From Octopus sinensis (Eukaryota), in the NCBI RefSeq assembly GCF_006345805.1, contig NC_043012.1, positions 8,246,001 through 8,310,000 of the forward strand: a DNA stretch of 64,000 bases, given 5' to 3'. The position numbers and the translations under genes were made by a program. The notes under the pieces were generated by a model, which saw nothing but the letters and a program-made list of their open reading frames with translations, had not been told where the DNA came from and made no database searches. Of this stretch, positions 14,475 to 27,811 are shown piece by piece (positions within the stretch are counted from its first letter, which is position 1; each line of letters opens with the position of its first letter).

Positions 14475-14850
14475 ATGCACAGACATGGATTTGTGGTAAG
14501 AAGCTTGCTTCCCAAACCACATGGCTCCAAGTTCAGTCCCTCTGTGTGACACCTCAGGCACGTGACTTCTATTTCTGCCTTGGGCTGACCAAAGCCTTTT
14601 GTGTGGATTGTGGATTTCGTAGACGGAAACTGAAAGAAGCCAGTCATATATAAATGCATATATCTGTGTGTGTGTGTCTTTGTATCTCTGTTTGTCCCCC
14701 ATTCATCACCAGTGTTGGTGTAACTTAGCAAAAGAGACCAATAAGAATAAGTACTAAGCTTAAAATTTAAGTCCTAGGGTCAATTTGTTTGACTAAAATC
14801 CTCCATGGCAGTGCAACAGCATGGCCACAGTCAAATGACTGAAGCAAATC
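14475..14850 (+). mobile_element. SINE family A, degenerate
   Basis: Colinear with family A consensus. Confidence 0.75.
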
Positions 14851-14866
14851 AATAAATATATATATA

Positions 14867-15033
14867 TAAGGTGATGCTGAAAAGTTCCTGGTTTTAAGGG
14901 TATCATGAAAGGCCTGATTGGAAGCCCAACCCCCCAAGTTCTTTTACAGGGATTCGATAAACTGAAGGACCACTGCAATAAGTGTGTGAACCTTTGAGAG
15001 TAATATGTTGAATAATATCATAATTAACTGATC
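14867..15033 (+). mobile_element. Short deleted mariner derivative
   Basis: TA-preceded TIR-like AAGGTGATGCTGAAAAGTTCCTGG followed by a transposase C-terminus-like remnant (KLKDHCNKCV...YVE*). Confidence 0.5.
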
Positions 15034-15044
15034 CAGAAATTCCA

Positions 15045-15991
15045 AACCTGAAACTACAGCCAAGAAGACAAGCCTCGTCCAGGAAGATCTGTAGAGCTCG
15101 ATGAGGATGTCCTGCAAACCCTGGTGGAACAAAATCCTATCCTAAGTGCTGAGGAACTAGCAGAGAAGCGTGGATTTGGTCTTTCAACCATTCATCGACA
15201 CCTGCAAGCCATCGGAAAAGTCAGCAAATTGGGTCAGTGGGTTCCTCACAAACTTTCCGAGTCTAATCATGGAGAGAGAGTGAATGTGTGCTCTTCTTTG
15301 CTGTCATGTCTCACGAACGGACCTTTTTTTAGACCGAATAGAGACTGGTGACGAGAAATGGGTTCTCTATAAAAATGACAAATGCCCAAATCAGAGAATA
15401 GGGAAAGGAGTAACATCAGCAACCCAGGCTAAAGAAGGTCTTCACCCATATAAGGTGTAGTTATCTGTTTGGTGGAATATGAAAGGTTTAGTCCACTCTG
15501 AAATTTTAAACCCAAAACCAAACAATAACAAAGGAGAGCTACTGTGAGCAGCTTGAGTGGCTTAAGTCAGCGCTAGAAGAAAAATGACCATCTTTGGTTT
15601 CAAGACAAAAGATGTTCTGCCATCAAGACAATGCTCAGCCACAAACAGCAAGGATGACATTCCAAAGGCTGGAGCAGTTTGAATGGGAAATGATGCCGCA
15701 ACCACCATATTCATCGGATATTGCCCCATCTGATTATCATTTATTCCGCAGTCTTCAAAATCATTTGAACAGGAAAAATATGAATTCTGTAGACAAGACT
15801 AGAACAGTACTGGAGGAGTAGTTTTTGTCATGGACAAGTGAATTTTGAGAGAGAGGGCTTGCAATTCTACCAGATAGATGAAAGAGCATTGTAGAAAATG
15901 AAGGAAGGTAAATTTTAGATGCACTTTGTTTACCTTAATTTTGAAAAATAAAACTATAAAAAAATTGCACTATTTATGGGATGACCCAATA
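15045..15991 (+). pseudogene. Decayed mariner (DD34D) transposase with 3' TIR
   Basis: Motifs PRPGRS, WVPHKL, TGDEKW, HQDNAQP, PPYSSDIAPSDYHLFRSL with frameshifts and stops; ends TATGGGATGACCCAATA|TA. Confidence 0.92.
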
Positions 15992-17551
15992 TACACACAT
16001 ACAGATGGATGCATATATATATATATACATACACACACACGCATGTAGATGAGTGCATATATTTATACATAGGTACCCAGTCTAATATAAACTGTAGATC
16101 CAAGCCAGAGATGGTTCTAAGTATGTATAAAAGAAGAACACAAGTGTGTTCTTTTCTTTTATATACACACCTATCAAAATACCACTCAACATCTGTTTAC
16201 CATGCTGGCATGGGTTGGACAGTTTCACAAGATCCAATGAAATGGATAGCTGCATCAGGCCCCGATGTCCGTCTTGGCCTGGCTTTGACAGCTGGATGCC
16301 CTTCCTAACAGCAGCCACTTCACAGTGTGTAGTGTGTATGTGTATACACAGATACAAAACTATATGTGTATATGTAAAACGGGTGTAAAAGCAGCCAGCA
16401 TACACTCTGTTAAATGGTTGGTGTTAAGAAGAGCATCCAGCCATAGATACCATGTCCACAACAAACAGCTGAAGTCTGGACATCTTCCTGCTAGCCAGCT
16501 CCATGGCAAACAATCCAACCCATGCCAGCATGGAAAGCAGATGTTAAACGATGGTGATTTTATATATATATAGATATAGATGATGTATCAGTAGAGAGGA
16601 TGAGAGACATCTAATGGAAGCTGAGAGAGTATAAAGAGAGTAAGAATGTATATGTAAAAAGCAAACAGAAAGAGAACATGTGACAGTAGAAAATGTAGGA
16701 AAGAAGTATGGTGTGTGTGTGTGTGTGCGTGTGTGCAGGTGTTACAGACAGGATGTGTGTGTATGTCTATGTACTGGAAATCAAAAGAGAGAGGGAGAGA
16801 GTGTATGTGTGTGTTTGAGCATGTGTGTGTGTGTGTACATGTTAGAGGAAATGTGTGCATATGTTGGAAGATTGTGCATTATGGAGAGCGAGAAACAAAG
16901 AAACAGTGTGTGTGTGTTTGTTGGAGAAAAAGTGTTTGTGGATATACTGTCATTTGTGTGCGCGTGTATGTGGAGTGAGAGAGAGAGAGCTGTATGTGTT
17001 GCAGAGATTACATATACGTGTGTGTGTGTGTGTGTGTGCATATTCCAGTGACCATGTAGACATGCATGTAAATGTACATGTGCACACATGTAGTAGAGTG
17101 TGTGTATGCATGGAAGAGATAGCCATCTGTACACGTGCTTCAGTAAATGTGAATTTACTAAAGTGAATAAATGTGTGTGTGTGTGTCTGTGTGTATACGT
17201 ATGGCAAAGACAGGTGTGTGTGTGTCTGTCTGTGTGTGTGTGTGAGAGAGAGAGAGAGAGCAATGGAGGGAGGGGATGTGGAAGGTACAAAAGTGTAAGG
17301 ATTGTTGTTTGAAAAAAAAAAAGAGGTCTGAGTCAGGATGTTTGTGTTGCAATAAGGCTGCAAGTAGTGACATCTGATGAGCAGCTTGCACTGACTGCAT
17401 ACATATGCACACACACACATGCTGATGATTGTAGGGGGGTAGTGAGAGGAGAGACGTGATGACAGAGATGCTCACCGTCATTTAAATACACACACATCTT
17501 CACTACTGAGTTCAATAATTTATACATACATTTGTGTGTGTGTGTGTAAAC

Positions 17552-17621
<70 letters not shown>

Positions 17622-18287
17622 ATAAACCTGTGTCGGTATATTACATTGTATTACACACAAACAGGTTTGTATATGTGTGTTTGTATTACATGTACATGTA
17701 TTCTACACAAACAGATTTGTGTGTATGTGTGTATATATGTATATTACACACAAACAGATTTGTATGTGTGTGTGTGTGATACTTCAGTTAACCCAATTCT
17801 GCGTGTGTTGACTGATATGAAAGATTGTAGTTGTGTAATATTTTATATAAGCACAGTATTCCCAGAGATATACATGTCCAAACACACACACAAATGTATA
17901 TATACACACACTTAAGTGTCAATATATAGGATAACAGTTCAAACACAGCTGCTTCTTGTTTGATATCAGGAGTGATTTGATCAAGTAAAACCTTGATCAA
18001 AGGCACTCCGGATATGACAATCACCATTTTAAAACATTTAAAGAACTAAGAGATGGGAAGATTGTCTTCCTTTTAAGGACAAAGAAGAGTAATTATTAGG
18101 GAGGTTTGGCTGCTATATCTAGGAGGTCAAAGCAACTACATAGGAGCTCATATACATGTAACTGCACAGTGTTTTTATAAGACATGGTACAGGGTATATA
18201 TATACATCTAGCTAAACTATATGCAATAGTTGTGTGTGTGCATGCGCATATATATACATTATATATACAATGGGCTTCTTTCAGTTT

Positions 18288-18331
<44 letters not shown>

Positions 18332-18389
18332 ATATACTTTTTTATTCATGTCAGTCATGCTGGAGCACCACTGTGGTAAATACCATTTC

Positions 18390-18520
18390 TATTAATATTT
18401 AACAGAAGCAACAGTGGCTCAAGAGCCAAAAGTTTCGTGCATTGGCACTTATCGAACTAAAGCCAACCCATGAAACTCTCAGCCCCTGAGTCACTTTGTT
18501 GCTTCTGCTAAATATTAATA
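18390..18520. repeat. Fold-back element 1
   Basis: TATTAATATTTAACAGAAGCAACAGTGGCTCA...GTTTCGTG pairs with CATGAAAC...TGAGTCACTTTGTTGCTTCTGCTAAATATTAATA. Confidence 0.8.
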
Positions 18521-18567
18521 ATATACATGTACTCATATTTTGAGTTCTATTTTCCTAGTTTGCATCA

Positions 18568-18618
<51 letters not shown>

Positions 18619-18620
<2 letters not shown>

Positions 18621-19031
18621 CGCAGGAGTAGCTGTGTGGTAAGTAGCTTGCTAACCAACCACATGGTTCCGGGTTCAGTCCCACTGCAAGGCATCTTGGG
18701 CAAGTGTCTTCTGCTATAGCCCCAGGCCGACCAATGCCTTGTGAGTGGATTTGGTAGGCGGAAACTGAAAGAAGCCTGTCATATATATGTATATATATAT
18801 ATAAGTGTGTGTGTGTATATGTTTGTGTGTCTGTGTTTGTCCCCCCAGCATTGCTTGACAACCGATGCTGGTGTGTTTACGTCCCCGTCACTTAGCAGTT
18901 CAGCAAAAGAGACCGATAGAATAAGTACTGGGCTTACAAGGAATAAGTCCCGGGGTCAATTTGCTCGACTAAAGGCGGTGCTCCAGCATGGCCGCAGTCA
19001 AATGACTGAAACATGTAAAAGAGTAAAAGAG
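18619..19031 (+). mobile_element. SINE family A, full length, in (TA)n
   Basis: Complete head, body and AAAAGAGT tail. Confidence 0.9.
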
Positions 19032-19240
19032 TATATATATATATATATATATACACACACAGCTATAGTGTATGTATGTACAAGTAATGCGTATATACAT
19101 CATTAGCTATGCAGTCTGAGTAGAGGTGGTATATAAGCATACAATCATTCGGTACAAGTGCTAAAACTGCGCATATATATATACTTGTGACCATACTGTG
19201 TGTATAGGTGGTAATACACAGTGCATGTGTGTACATATTT

Positions 19241-19450
19241 CATCATCATTGTTTAACGTCCGTTTTCCATGCTAGCATGGGTTGGATGGTTCGACTGGGG
19301 ATCTGGGAAGCCAGGAGGCTGCACTGTGCTCCAGTCTGATCTGGCAGTGTTTCTACAACTGGATGCCCTTCATAAAGCCAACCACTCCGTTGAGTGTAGT
19401 GGGTGCTTTTTACGTGCCACCGGCACAGGTGCCAGGGGTGGCTGGCAAAG
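19241..19450 (-). mobile_element. Family B repeat with (GAT)n tail (RTE-related, Ceph-domain-like)
   Basis: GGTTGGCGTTAGGAAGGGCATCCAGC-type core and CCAACCCATGCTAGCATGGAAAACGGACGTTAAA(tail). Other copies at 20675-20985, 22560-22820, 24755-24987, 26395-26585, 27918-28220, 28857-28967 and 30780-31090. Confidence 0.8.
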
Positions 19451-21264
19451 ACAGTTATAAAGGGTTTGAATGTACACAGGTATACCATACATATATTGCA
19501 TAGCTAGATGTATGCAAAAACTAAAAGAAGCCCACTGCGTACATGCGTGCGTGCGTGTGTGTGTCCCACCACCGCCGCTTGATACCAGGTGTTGGTGTGT
19601 TTACATCCCCATAACTGAGCAGTTCAGCAAAAGAGTCTGAGAGAATAAGCATTAGGCTTTAAAGATATAAGTCCTGGGGTTGATTTGTTTAACTAAAAAC
19701 CCTTCGAGGCAGTGCCCCAGCATGGCCGTAGTCAAATGACCGAAACAGGTAAAAGATAAAGACAACTATATACACACACAAACATTCATACATAGATGCA
19801 GCTGCATGGTTGTATTGTATGTGTATATATATTGTATGTGTATATCTTTGCTGCTACTGTGTATGTATAATTTATCACTGTATATATGTATATATATATA
19901 TATATATATATACATATTCAAACTTGTGGATATACTGCATGCAAATGTGATAGCCTATGTACATATATATAGGCTATAGCATTTATATATGCATGTAGCA
20001 TAGCTACATGTTTAGACTATAATATATACCAACTAAACATGTATATTTACATGTAGCTAAGCGTTTGAATGTATATGTATGTATGTATATATATCATCAT
20101 CATCATCATCATCGTTTAACGTCCGTTTTCCGCGCCAGCACGGGTTGGGAGGTAGCAACACATACAGCTCTCTCACTCCACATACACGCACACACAAATG
20201 ACAGTTTATCCACAAACACTTTTTCTCCAACACACACACACACACACAGTATATATACACACATACACACCACCACTATATATACATGCAGCTATGCTCT
20301 GTATAAGTGATAGTTTCATATAAATATAAACAAATCTATACAACCGTGTATGTGTGTGTGTGTGCGCGTGCAAACGTAACATAAGTAACTCTGCTATATG
20401 AGTAGATGTCAGTATTGCATAAAATCATTCAGTAAATCATGAGACGTGCTTCCCTTTCCAACTCCACCTTGATTACAAATGACAGCCATAACATCTTCTC
20501 TAAGGTGATGACAGTGCAGCATCGCTAGAGAGTAGGTTAAAATGCCTTGCAATATTTCATCCAGTGTTCTACGTTCTGAGTTCAAACTCTACCAAGGTCA
20601 ACAATCAATAAACTATAAAGTAGCAACCCAGGGAGTGCGATTGGTTGACAGAAATTTTAGAGTTTCAGACAAGATCATCATCATCATTTAACGTCCGCTT
20701 TCTATGCTAGCATGGGTTGGACGATTTGACTGAGGTCTGGTGAACCAGACTCCAACCTGATCTGGCAGAGTTTCTACAGCTGGATGCCCTTCCTAACGCC
20801 AACCACTCCGAGAGTGTAGTGGGTGCTTTTACGTGCCACCGGCACGAGGGCCAGTCTGATGGTACTGGCAACAGCCACATCCGAATGGTGCTTTTTACGT
20901 GCCACCTGCACAGGAGCCAGTCCAGCGGCACTGGTGACAACCTCGCTCGAATGTTTCACATGCCACCAGCACAAGTGCTAGTAAGGCAAATAAGATGTCA
21001 TGCAAATAATTTTTCTGGCTCGTGTTCTGAGTTCAAGCACTTGTTGTCTATTTGAGTGGGGAACTTTAATCCATCATTTGGCTCTTGTGAGTGCCTAGAG
21101 TAGAATCCACTCTGTTACAAGCCTTTTGGGTTAAGCCTTCAGTTCAAGAGAAAATTCTTCACCTTTTATCAACCAGTTTCCTTGGCTCTGAAGAAATAAA
21201 GCCTCAAAACCACTGCCTGTTTAGAAATAAAAACCTAAAGCAGTAACATTAAGCATTTAAAACT

Positions 21265-21575
21265 GGCACTCAGTGGGTTACGATGACAAGTGCTCTAGTT
21301 GATCCGGTCAATGGAACGACCAACCTGTGAAATTAACATGTAAGTGGCTGAGCACTCCACAGACATGCGTACCCTTAATGTACTTCTCAGGGAAATTTAG
21401 TGTGACAAGGCTGGCCCTTTGAAATATAGGTAATACTCAGTTTTGCCAGCTGAGTGGACTGGAACAACATGAAATACAATGTCTTGCTCAAGGACACAAG
21501 GTACCACGAAGAATTGAACTCACAACCTTATGATCATGAACCAAATACTTTAACCACTAAGCCACATTGCCTTCA
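21265..21575 (-). mobile_element. SINE family D, degenerate
   Basis: Reverse complement of the 24377-24697 copy. Confidence 0.75.
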
Positions 21576-21579
21576 CTCT

Positions 21580-21961
21580 CCCTTTTACTTGTTTCAGTCA
21601 TTTGACTATGGCCATGCTGGAGCACCACCTTTTAGTCGAGCAAATCGACTCCGGGACTTATTCTTTGTAAGCCCAGTACTTATTCTATCGGTCCCTTTTC
21701 CCGACGGGGACGTAAACACACCAGCATCAGTTGTCAAGCAATGCTAGGGGGACAAACACATACACAAACATATATATATATATATACATACATATATACG
21801 ACAGGCTTCTTTCAGTTTCCGTCTACCAAATCCACTCACAAGGCATTGGTCGGCCCAGGGCTATAGCAGAAGACACTTGCCCAAGATGCCACGCAGTGGG
21901 ACTGAAGTCGGAACCATGTGGTTGGTTAGCAAGCTACTTACCACACAGCCACTCCTGCACC
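21580..21961 (-). mobile_element. SINE family A
   Basis: Colinear with family A consensus. Confidence 0.85.
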
Positions 21962-22049
21962 TATGTATATATACATAGCTTTATGTAAATATACATGTAA
22001 GTCATACAGTATGGATGGGTGGTACTGGAATGTATGAGGTATCAAGGAG

Positions 22050-22480
22050 AGGTTGTGTCTTTGATAGGGGAACACGCTGCACTCTTAAGAGTGGTTTGTC
22101 CACTTTGGTCTCCACCTGGCACCCAGCTAGCTCTCACCTGTGACACCAAGTAGTTGTTTGCATGCAACAACAACCACATTCTCCGGGTAAATCAGTTCAG
22201 TTGGTGGGCCAAACCAGGTGAGGGTAGCCAACAGATATGTAACCCTTGGTGAGTTAGGGCTTGTCTGTCTATGCATGTGAATGAAGACTGGAACCAACAG
22301 GCCCTGCCAAAAGAAACCTTTATGGATCAATGGAGAGAAAGGTGGCTGCAGTAATACATTACGGATGGACTGTAGGGAGCAAGATGAAGCAAGCAAGACA
22401 TCTTGATCATCCACTGCGTCCATCACCATCCCCTTCATCTTTGACCTGGTTTTGCCACTGGACTGAAGCTGGTCATGGAC
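22050..22480 (+). mobile_element. Probable RTE LINE 5'UTR remnant
   Basis: GCACCCAGCT..CTCTCACCTGTG..CCAAGTAG and CCCTTGGTGAGTTAGGG resemble RTE/BovB-type 5'UTRs as recalled. Confidence 0.4.
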
Positions 22481-24376
22481 AAAGAGAGCAAGGCATTATA
22501 TACATTTTATTTATATATATATATATATATATATACGTACATATATTGGAAATAATAGTTGTGATACCTGTGCCGGTGGCACATTAAAAGCACCAACCGA
22601 TCGTGGCCGATGCCAGACTCCCCTCTGGCACCTGTGCAGGCGGCACGTAAAAAGCACCCACTACACTCGCGGAGTGGTTGGGCTAGGAAGGGCATCCAGC
22701 TGTAGAAACACTGCCAGATCAGACTGGAGCCTGGTGCTGCCCCTGGCCTCCCAGACCCCGGTCGAACCGTCCAACCCGTGCTAGCGCGGAAAACGGACGT
22801 TAAATGATGATGATGATATATAAACACACATACACAGATATATACATACATATGCAGACACATCAAACATACAGAGTTCTTTTTGGTGGGGATTTACAGA
22901 CACTAAACCAGTGCCGTATGACTAAGGAGATCTGTGTGTGTGTGTGTGCATGTGTATTAGTTGTAGAGTATATGTTAAAGGTGGCAGTATTTTTGTATAG
23001 TTCCATGGAGTGAGACGATATATACAGGTGGTTGAAGTGCTATGTGTGATGGCTGTCAAATCGTACTCAAGTAAGGCCCTCCTTTTATGCATCACAATAA
23101 CAAAGGATACAATTGCACAGGCAGCCAACCGGAGTTTCTTGACTAATCTCACTTAAATTATGCCTTCTGAAAGCTACAAAAGAAGCAGGATTTCATTGTT
23201 GCAGATACATACAGTACCAAATTGCTGTACCAAAGAAAGGCTGCACTCTGTTCAGATCCTGACTCGCATTGAACAGGAATGGAAAACTGATACACTGACA
23301 TCAGTAGTCACCCACTTAGGTGGACTGGAGGAAATAGGATCATGTTGACTACTGAGGGACCTAATCTAGAAATGCCTGTATAGATGGAAAATATCTATTG
23401 TAGATGTAATGTGCAGGAATTCCACTTTTTGAAAACTGTTGTCTCGGCAACTTTGTGAACAAAATAACTGATAGAACTAGAAGACCAGACACACACATAC
23501 ACCGTTCGGTCGAAATGAAAACCACAGGCTTGATCCACTTGTACAAATGTACCATAACCAAAGAGTGAGTAGCAGGAATAAGTTTCTTACAGACTTGGTT
23601 GTCCAACACCCAAGTCCAATGATGAAGAGCTCTCAGCATTTGGAGGTGGAAACAGTCATAATGCATTATCATTGGCCTATGGGTCCTCTTTTCTTTTGTG
23701 ACAGCTTTTGTCTTTGGTGTTGCAAAATGTTCACTCATCTTCATCCCGATGGAAGAACATTTCCACACAGAGTTGCTGATTCAGTTACTGAAAAATCAGA
23801 CCGTGAAACAGGTAGCAGTATTTTACATGGCACCGTATGCATGGCTGTGCAGTCAAGAAGTTTGCTTCTTAACTGCGTGATGCCAGGTTCAGTCCAGCTG
23901 AACACCACCTATTATAGGCCTGAACCAACCAATACCTACTGAGGGAATTTGGTAAATGGAAACAGTGGGGAAACCTGCTATGTGTATCTATATATAACTA
24001 TCTACATGTGTGTATACATGTGCATGAATGCTGATATGTTATGCTTATCAGCACTTAAGCAAAATGGTGGAGATGTTGACATTTTAACTACTCAATCAGC
24101 ACTTTCAAAGACCTGTAGCTTAAAGGCATCCCTTTACACACACAAACACACACACACTCATATCCTATGTATATGTGTGTATACATGGATCTATGTATGT
24201 TGCTTCATTCACATTGCTTGGACAACAGTGATTTATCTGAAAACAAGGTAGATTACTGCCTTAAGAAGTCTCAACCTTATGCTGACATGGGAAAATCAGA
24301 TGGAAAAAAGATGATAATGAAATTCATATACAATATATCTTTATCTATACACATTATAAACACATATATACATGAA

Positions 24377-24697
24377 GGCGCGTGGCTTAGTGGTTAGAGG
24401 CATTCGGCTCATGATTGTAAGGTAGTGAGTTCAATTCATGGCAGCGTGTTGTGTCCTTGAGCAAGACACTTTATTTCACATTGCTCCAGTCCACTCAGCT
24501 AGCAAAAATGAGTTGTACCTGTATTTCAAAGGGTCAGCCTTGTCACACTCTGTGTCACGCTGAATCTCCAAGAGAACTACATTAAGGGTACACATGTCTG
24601 TGGAGTGCTCAGCCACTTACACGTTAATTTCATGAGCAAGCTGTTCCGTTGATCGTATCAGCTGGGACCCTCATCGTCGCAACCAACGGAGTGCTCC
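24377..24697 (+). mobile_element. tRNA-derived SINE family D, full length
   Basis: GGCGCGTGGCTTAGTGGTTA A-box, GAGTTCAATTC B-box, GTGTCCTTGAGCAAGACACTT block. Other copies at 45340-45550, 45845-46340 and 52775-53066. Confidence 0.85.
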
Positions 24698-25766
24698 TAT
24701 ATACATGTAACTACACCATACATGTGTTTGTATTGTGTATATATGCATCCATACCGATGGCACGTAAAAAGCACCATCCGTCCGTGGCCGTCTGCCAGCT
24801 CTGTCTGGCTCGTAAAAAGCACCCACTACACTCACGGAGTGGTTGGCATTAGGAAGGGCATCCAGCTGTAGAAACACTGCCAGATCAGACTGGGTCTGAT
24901 GCAGCCTTCTGGCTTCACAGACCCCAGTTGAACCGTCCAACCCATGCTAGCATGGAAAGCGGACGTTAAATGATGATGATGATGATATGGCTCATGGTTT
25001 CCTGGTTCAGTTCCACCATTCAGTACCAAGAGCAAGTATTTTCTACCACGGATCCAGGCCAACCAAAACCTCATGAGTGTATTTGGTAGATGGAAACCGA
25101 AGTAAAACCATTGTGCATTTGCATGTGTATGTGTGCATGTCTCTTTACATCTTGCTTGCGTCTGTGCGAGTTGCGACATATGGGCTTTGCCAATGTTTTT
25201 GGTTCTTGTGACAACAAATCATCTGCTAGCTTCACACCTTTCAAAGCCATATGGAAAACATGTAAGGGTTAGTGATAGGAAGAGCATCCTACTGGAAAAC
25301 AATGCCTCAATAACATATTCATCTAACCCATGCAAACATGGTAAAACAGACATAAAAACAAATGCACTAACACATATCCAAATGCATGTTACTATAATAT
25401 AATGTATAGAAGTAATATAAATACATGTCACTATGATATAATGCACAAATATACCATATAATGGTGATAGTATTCCTGTTTGTGTATCTACTATATATTT
25501 GTGAAAAGGGCAGATATTGTCTCACGAGCAGTTGTGCAGGCAGAAGTGTTAGTAAATGTGGTTGGATTGACCTGAAAATTTGCATACCTATGATAAAAGT
25601 GCTGGGGAGTTTGCTCAATTGAAAGGTGTTGCCTCTAGGGCAAAATTCCTCAATGTGGCCCAAGTAGACCCAAATGAAATCGGGTTATAATACTAGTGTA
25701 TATATATACCCATGCTAGCATGGAAAGTGGACATTAAATGATGATGATGATGATATATATTTATAT

Positions 25767-26069
25767 ATCACCGTGACTGACCAGGCAATCAGATGTTGCT
25801 ACACATCGCTGGTCACAATGCGCTTCGCATTGTTTTAGCCTTCAAATGACACCACCCCGCTGGCTAAGCAAGCAGGGCAACAGAAGAAAGAGTGAAAGAA
25901 AGTTTTGGCGAAAGAATACAGCAGGGATTGCCACCACCCACCTGCCGGAGCCTCGTGGGGCTTTAGGTGTTTTCGCTCAATAAACACTCACAACGCCCGG
26001 TCTCGGAATCAAAACCATGATCCTACAACTGCGAGTCCGCTGCCCTAACCACTGGGCCATTGCGCCTCC
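25767..26069 (-). mobile_element. tRNA-derived SINE family E (GGAGGCGCAATGGCCCAGTGG head) with its own 3' body
   Basis: A-box and B-box-like head; possibly an Octopus OR-type (tRNA-Arg) SINE, not verified. Confidence 0.8.
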
Positions 26070-26093
26070 ACATATTTATATATATATATATAA

Positions 26094-26377
26094 GTAATCT
26101 TTCAGTTTAGGGTTATTAAAAAAGTAAATAAAGATGAAACCTAACTTATGGCATCTACACTCATGAAGTGATTGTGCACCAGAAGAACTTGTGGATCCCA
26201 CACATGAGGACATCCACATGCAAGTGAAAAGAGAATTATGGTGACAATTTGGAACATCGGACAATTTATTTGTGTCACGGTGGCTATAGCCCAAGTCTAC
26301 GTTGTTAAACAGTCAACTTATTTATCCCCACTTTCATTTTTATTTACTTTTTTAAACACCCTAAACTGAAAGATTAC
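26094..26377. repeat. Fold-back element 2 (MITE-like, about 45-bp arms, in (TA)n)
   Basis: GTAATCTTTCAGTTTAGGG...GATGAAA pairs with TTTCAT...CCCTAAACTGAAAGATTAC. Confidence 0.8.
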
Positions 26378-27579
26378 CATATATATATATATATCATCAT
26401 CATCATCGTTTAACGTCCGTTTTCCATGCTAGCATGGGTTGGATGGTTCGACCAGGGTCTGGGAAGCTAGGAGGCTACACCAGGCTCCAATCTTGATCTG
26501 GCAGAGTTTCTACAGCTGGATGCCCTTCCTAACGCCAACCACTCCGTGAATGTAGTGGGTGCTTTTTACATGCCACTGGCACAGTATATATATATAAGGT
26601 ACAGACATCACTATGTATTAAGTTTGCTTCCCAACCACATGGTTCCGGGTTCAGTCCCACAGTGTGGCACCTTGAGCAAGTGTCTTTCACTATAGCCCTA
26701 GGCTGACCAAAGCCTTATGAGTGGATTTGACAGACAGTAACTCAACGAAACCCACTGTGTGTGTGTTACTTCCTCTATGTGATGTTGCGCCATCTTTATC
26801 AATGAATATTACTTTCCTTCAATGCCAATCTTCTGTGAAAGTTTGGTTGTGGGAAATATTAGCTTGCTAGAAAGCAGGTGGGGGTTGGCGAATGGAAGAG
26901 CATCCAGCTATAGAAAATCTGCCTCAACAAATCCTATGTGAGCATGGAAAAAAAAAGCTGTTAAAATGGTGATGAGATATATATGTACACACATGCATGC
27001 AGTCTATTATGCAGAGGTTGTAGTACTGGAGTGTGTTTGTGTATGTATATATATATATATATATATATTGAAGATACATCCATTGGATAAGGTGGAACAC
27101 ATCATCAGTAATGCGAAATTGGGGTCATCAGATATTCTGAGTCTTGCACAACTTCAGATACCCTCATCCAGAGAACCCACTGCAGATTGATCAGATCCCA
27201 ATTTATGTCCCAGCAGCAACAGTCCATGTATCAGCTCCCTTAATCCAAAGATACCAGGTGAATTTCTCTACAGATTCACTCACAGACCAAATGGCCCCTC
27301 TTTGTGTCACCCTCCCCCTATAGAACCCATTTTCTGCTCCTTGGAGTTTGGGGACAGGAGGGAGCAGGAAAGAATTTCTCTTGTTCACATTAACAAACAC
27401 TCTTCAGTGAAGTCACTAGTGCAGGTTTGGCTTTGTGGTTAAGAAGCTTGCTTCCCAACCATGAGATCCCAGGTTCAGTTCCATTGTAGAGCACTATAGG
27501 TAAGTGACTTCTACTATAGCCCAGGCTGCTGACCAAAGCATTTTCAATGGATATGGTAGAGGGAAACTGAAAGAAGCCC

Positions 27580-27623
<44 letters not shown>

Positions 27624-27627
27624 ATAG

Positions 27628-27811
27628 CCTAAACAGGATAAGCTACCTCTATTTTGCAGAAAAAAGTGTTGGTGGCTGGCTATGAGACTCAAAATCACAC
27701 CTCCATGATTATGTGTTGCAGTGCTCTGAACCACGGAGGTGTGAGTTCGAGTCTCATAGCCAGCCACCAACACTTTTTTCTGCAAAATAGGGGTAGCTTA
27801 TCCTGTTCAGG
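27628..27811. repeat. Fold-back element 3 (about 83-bp arms, tRNA-like half)
   Basis: Arms 27628-27710 and 27729-27811 pair with few mismatches. Confidence 0.9.

Noticed and set aside
23000-23800. Unique-looking segment with 130-aa ORFs
   Set aside because: No recognisable motif or splice pair; probably an ancient LINE relic but not assignable.
24377-24450. tRNA gene-like sequences here and at other SINE heads
   Set aside because: They continue into SINE bodies and lack a proper acceptor stem.
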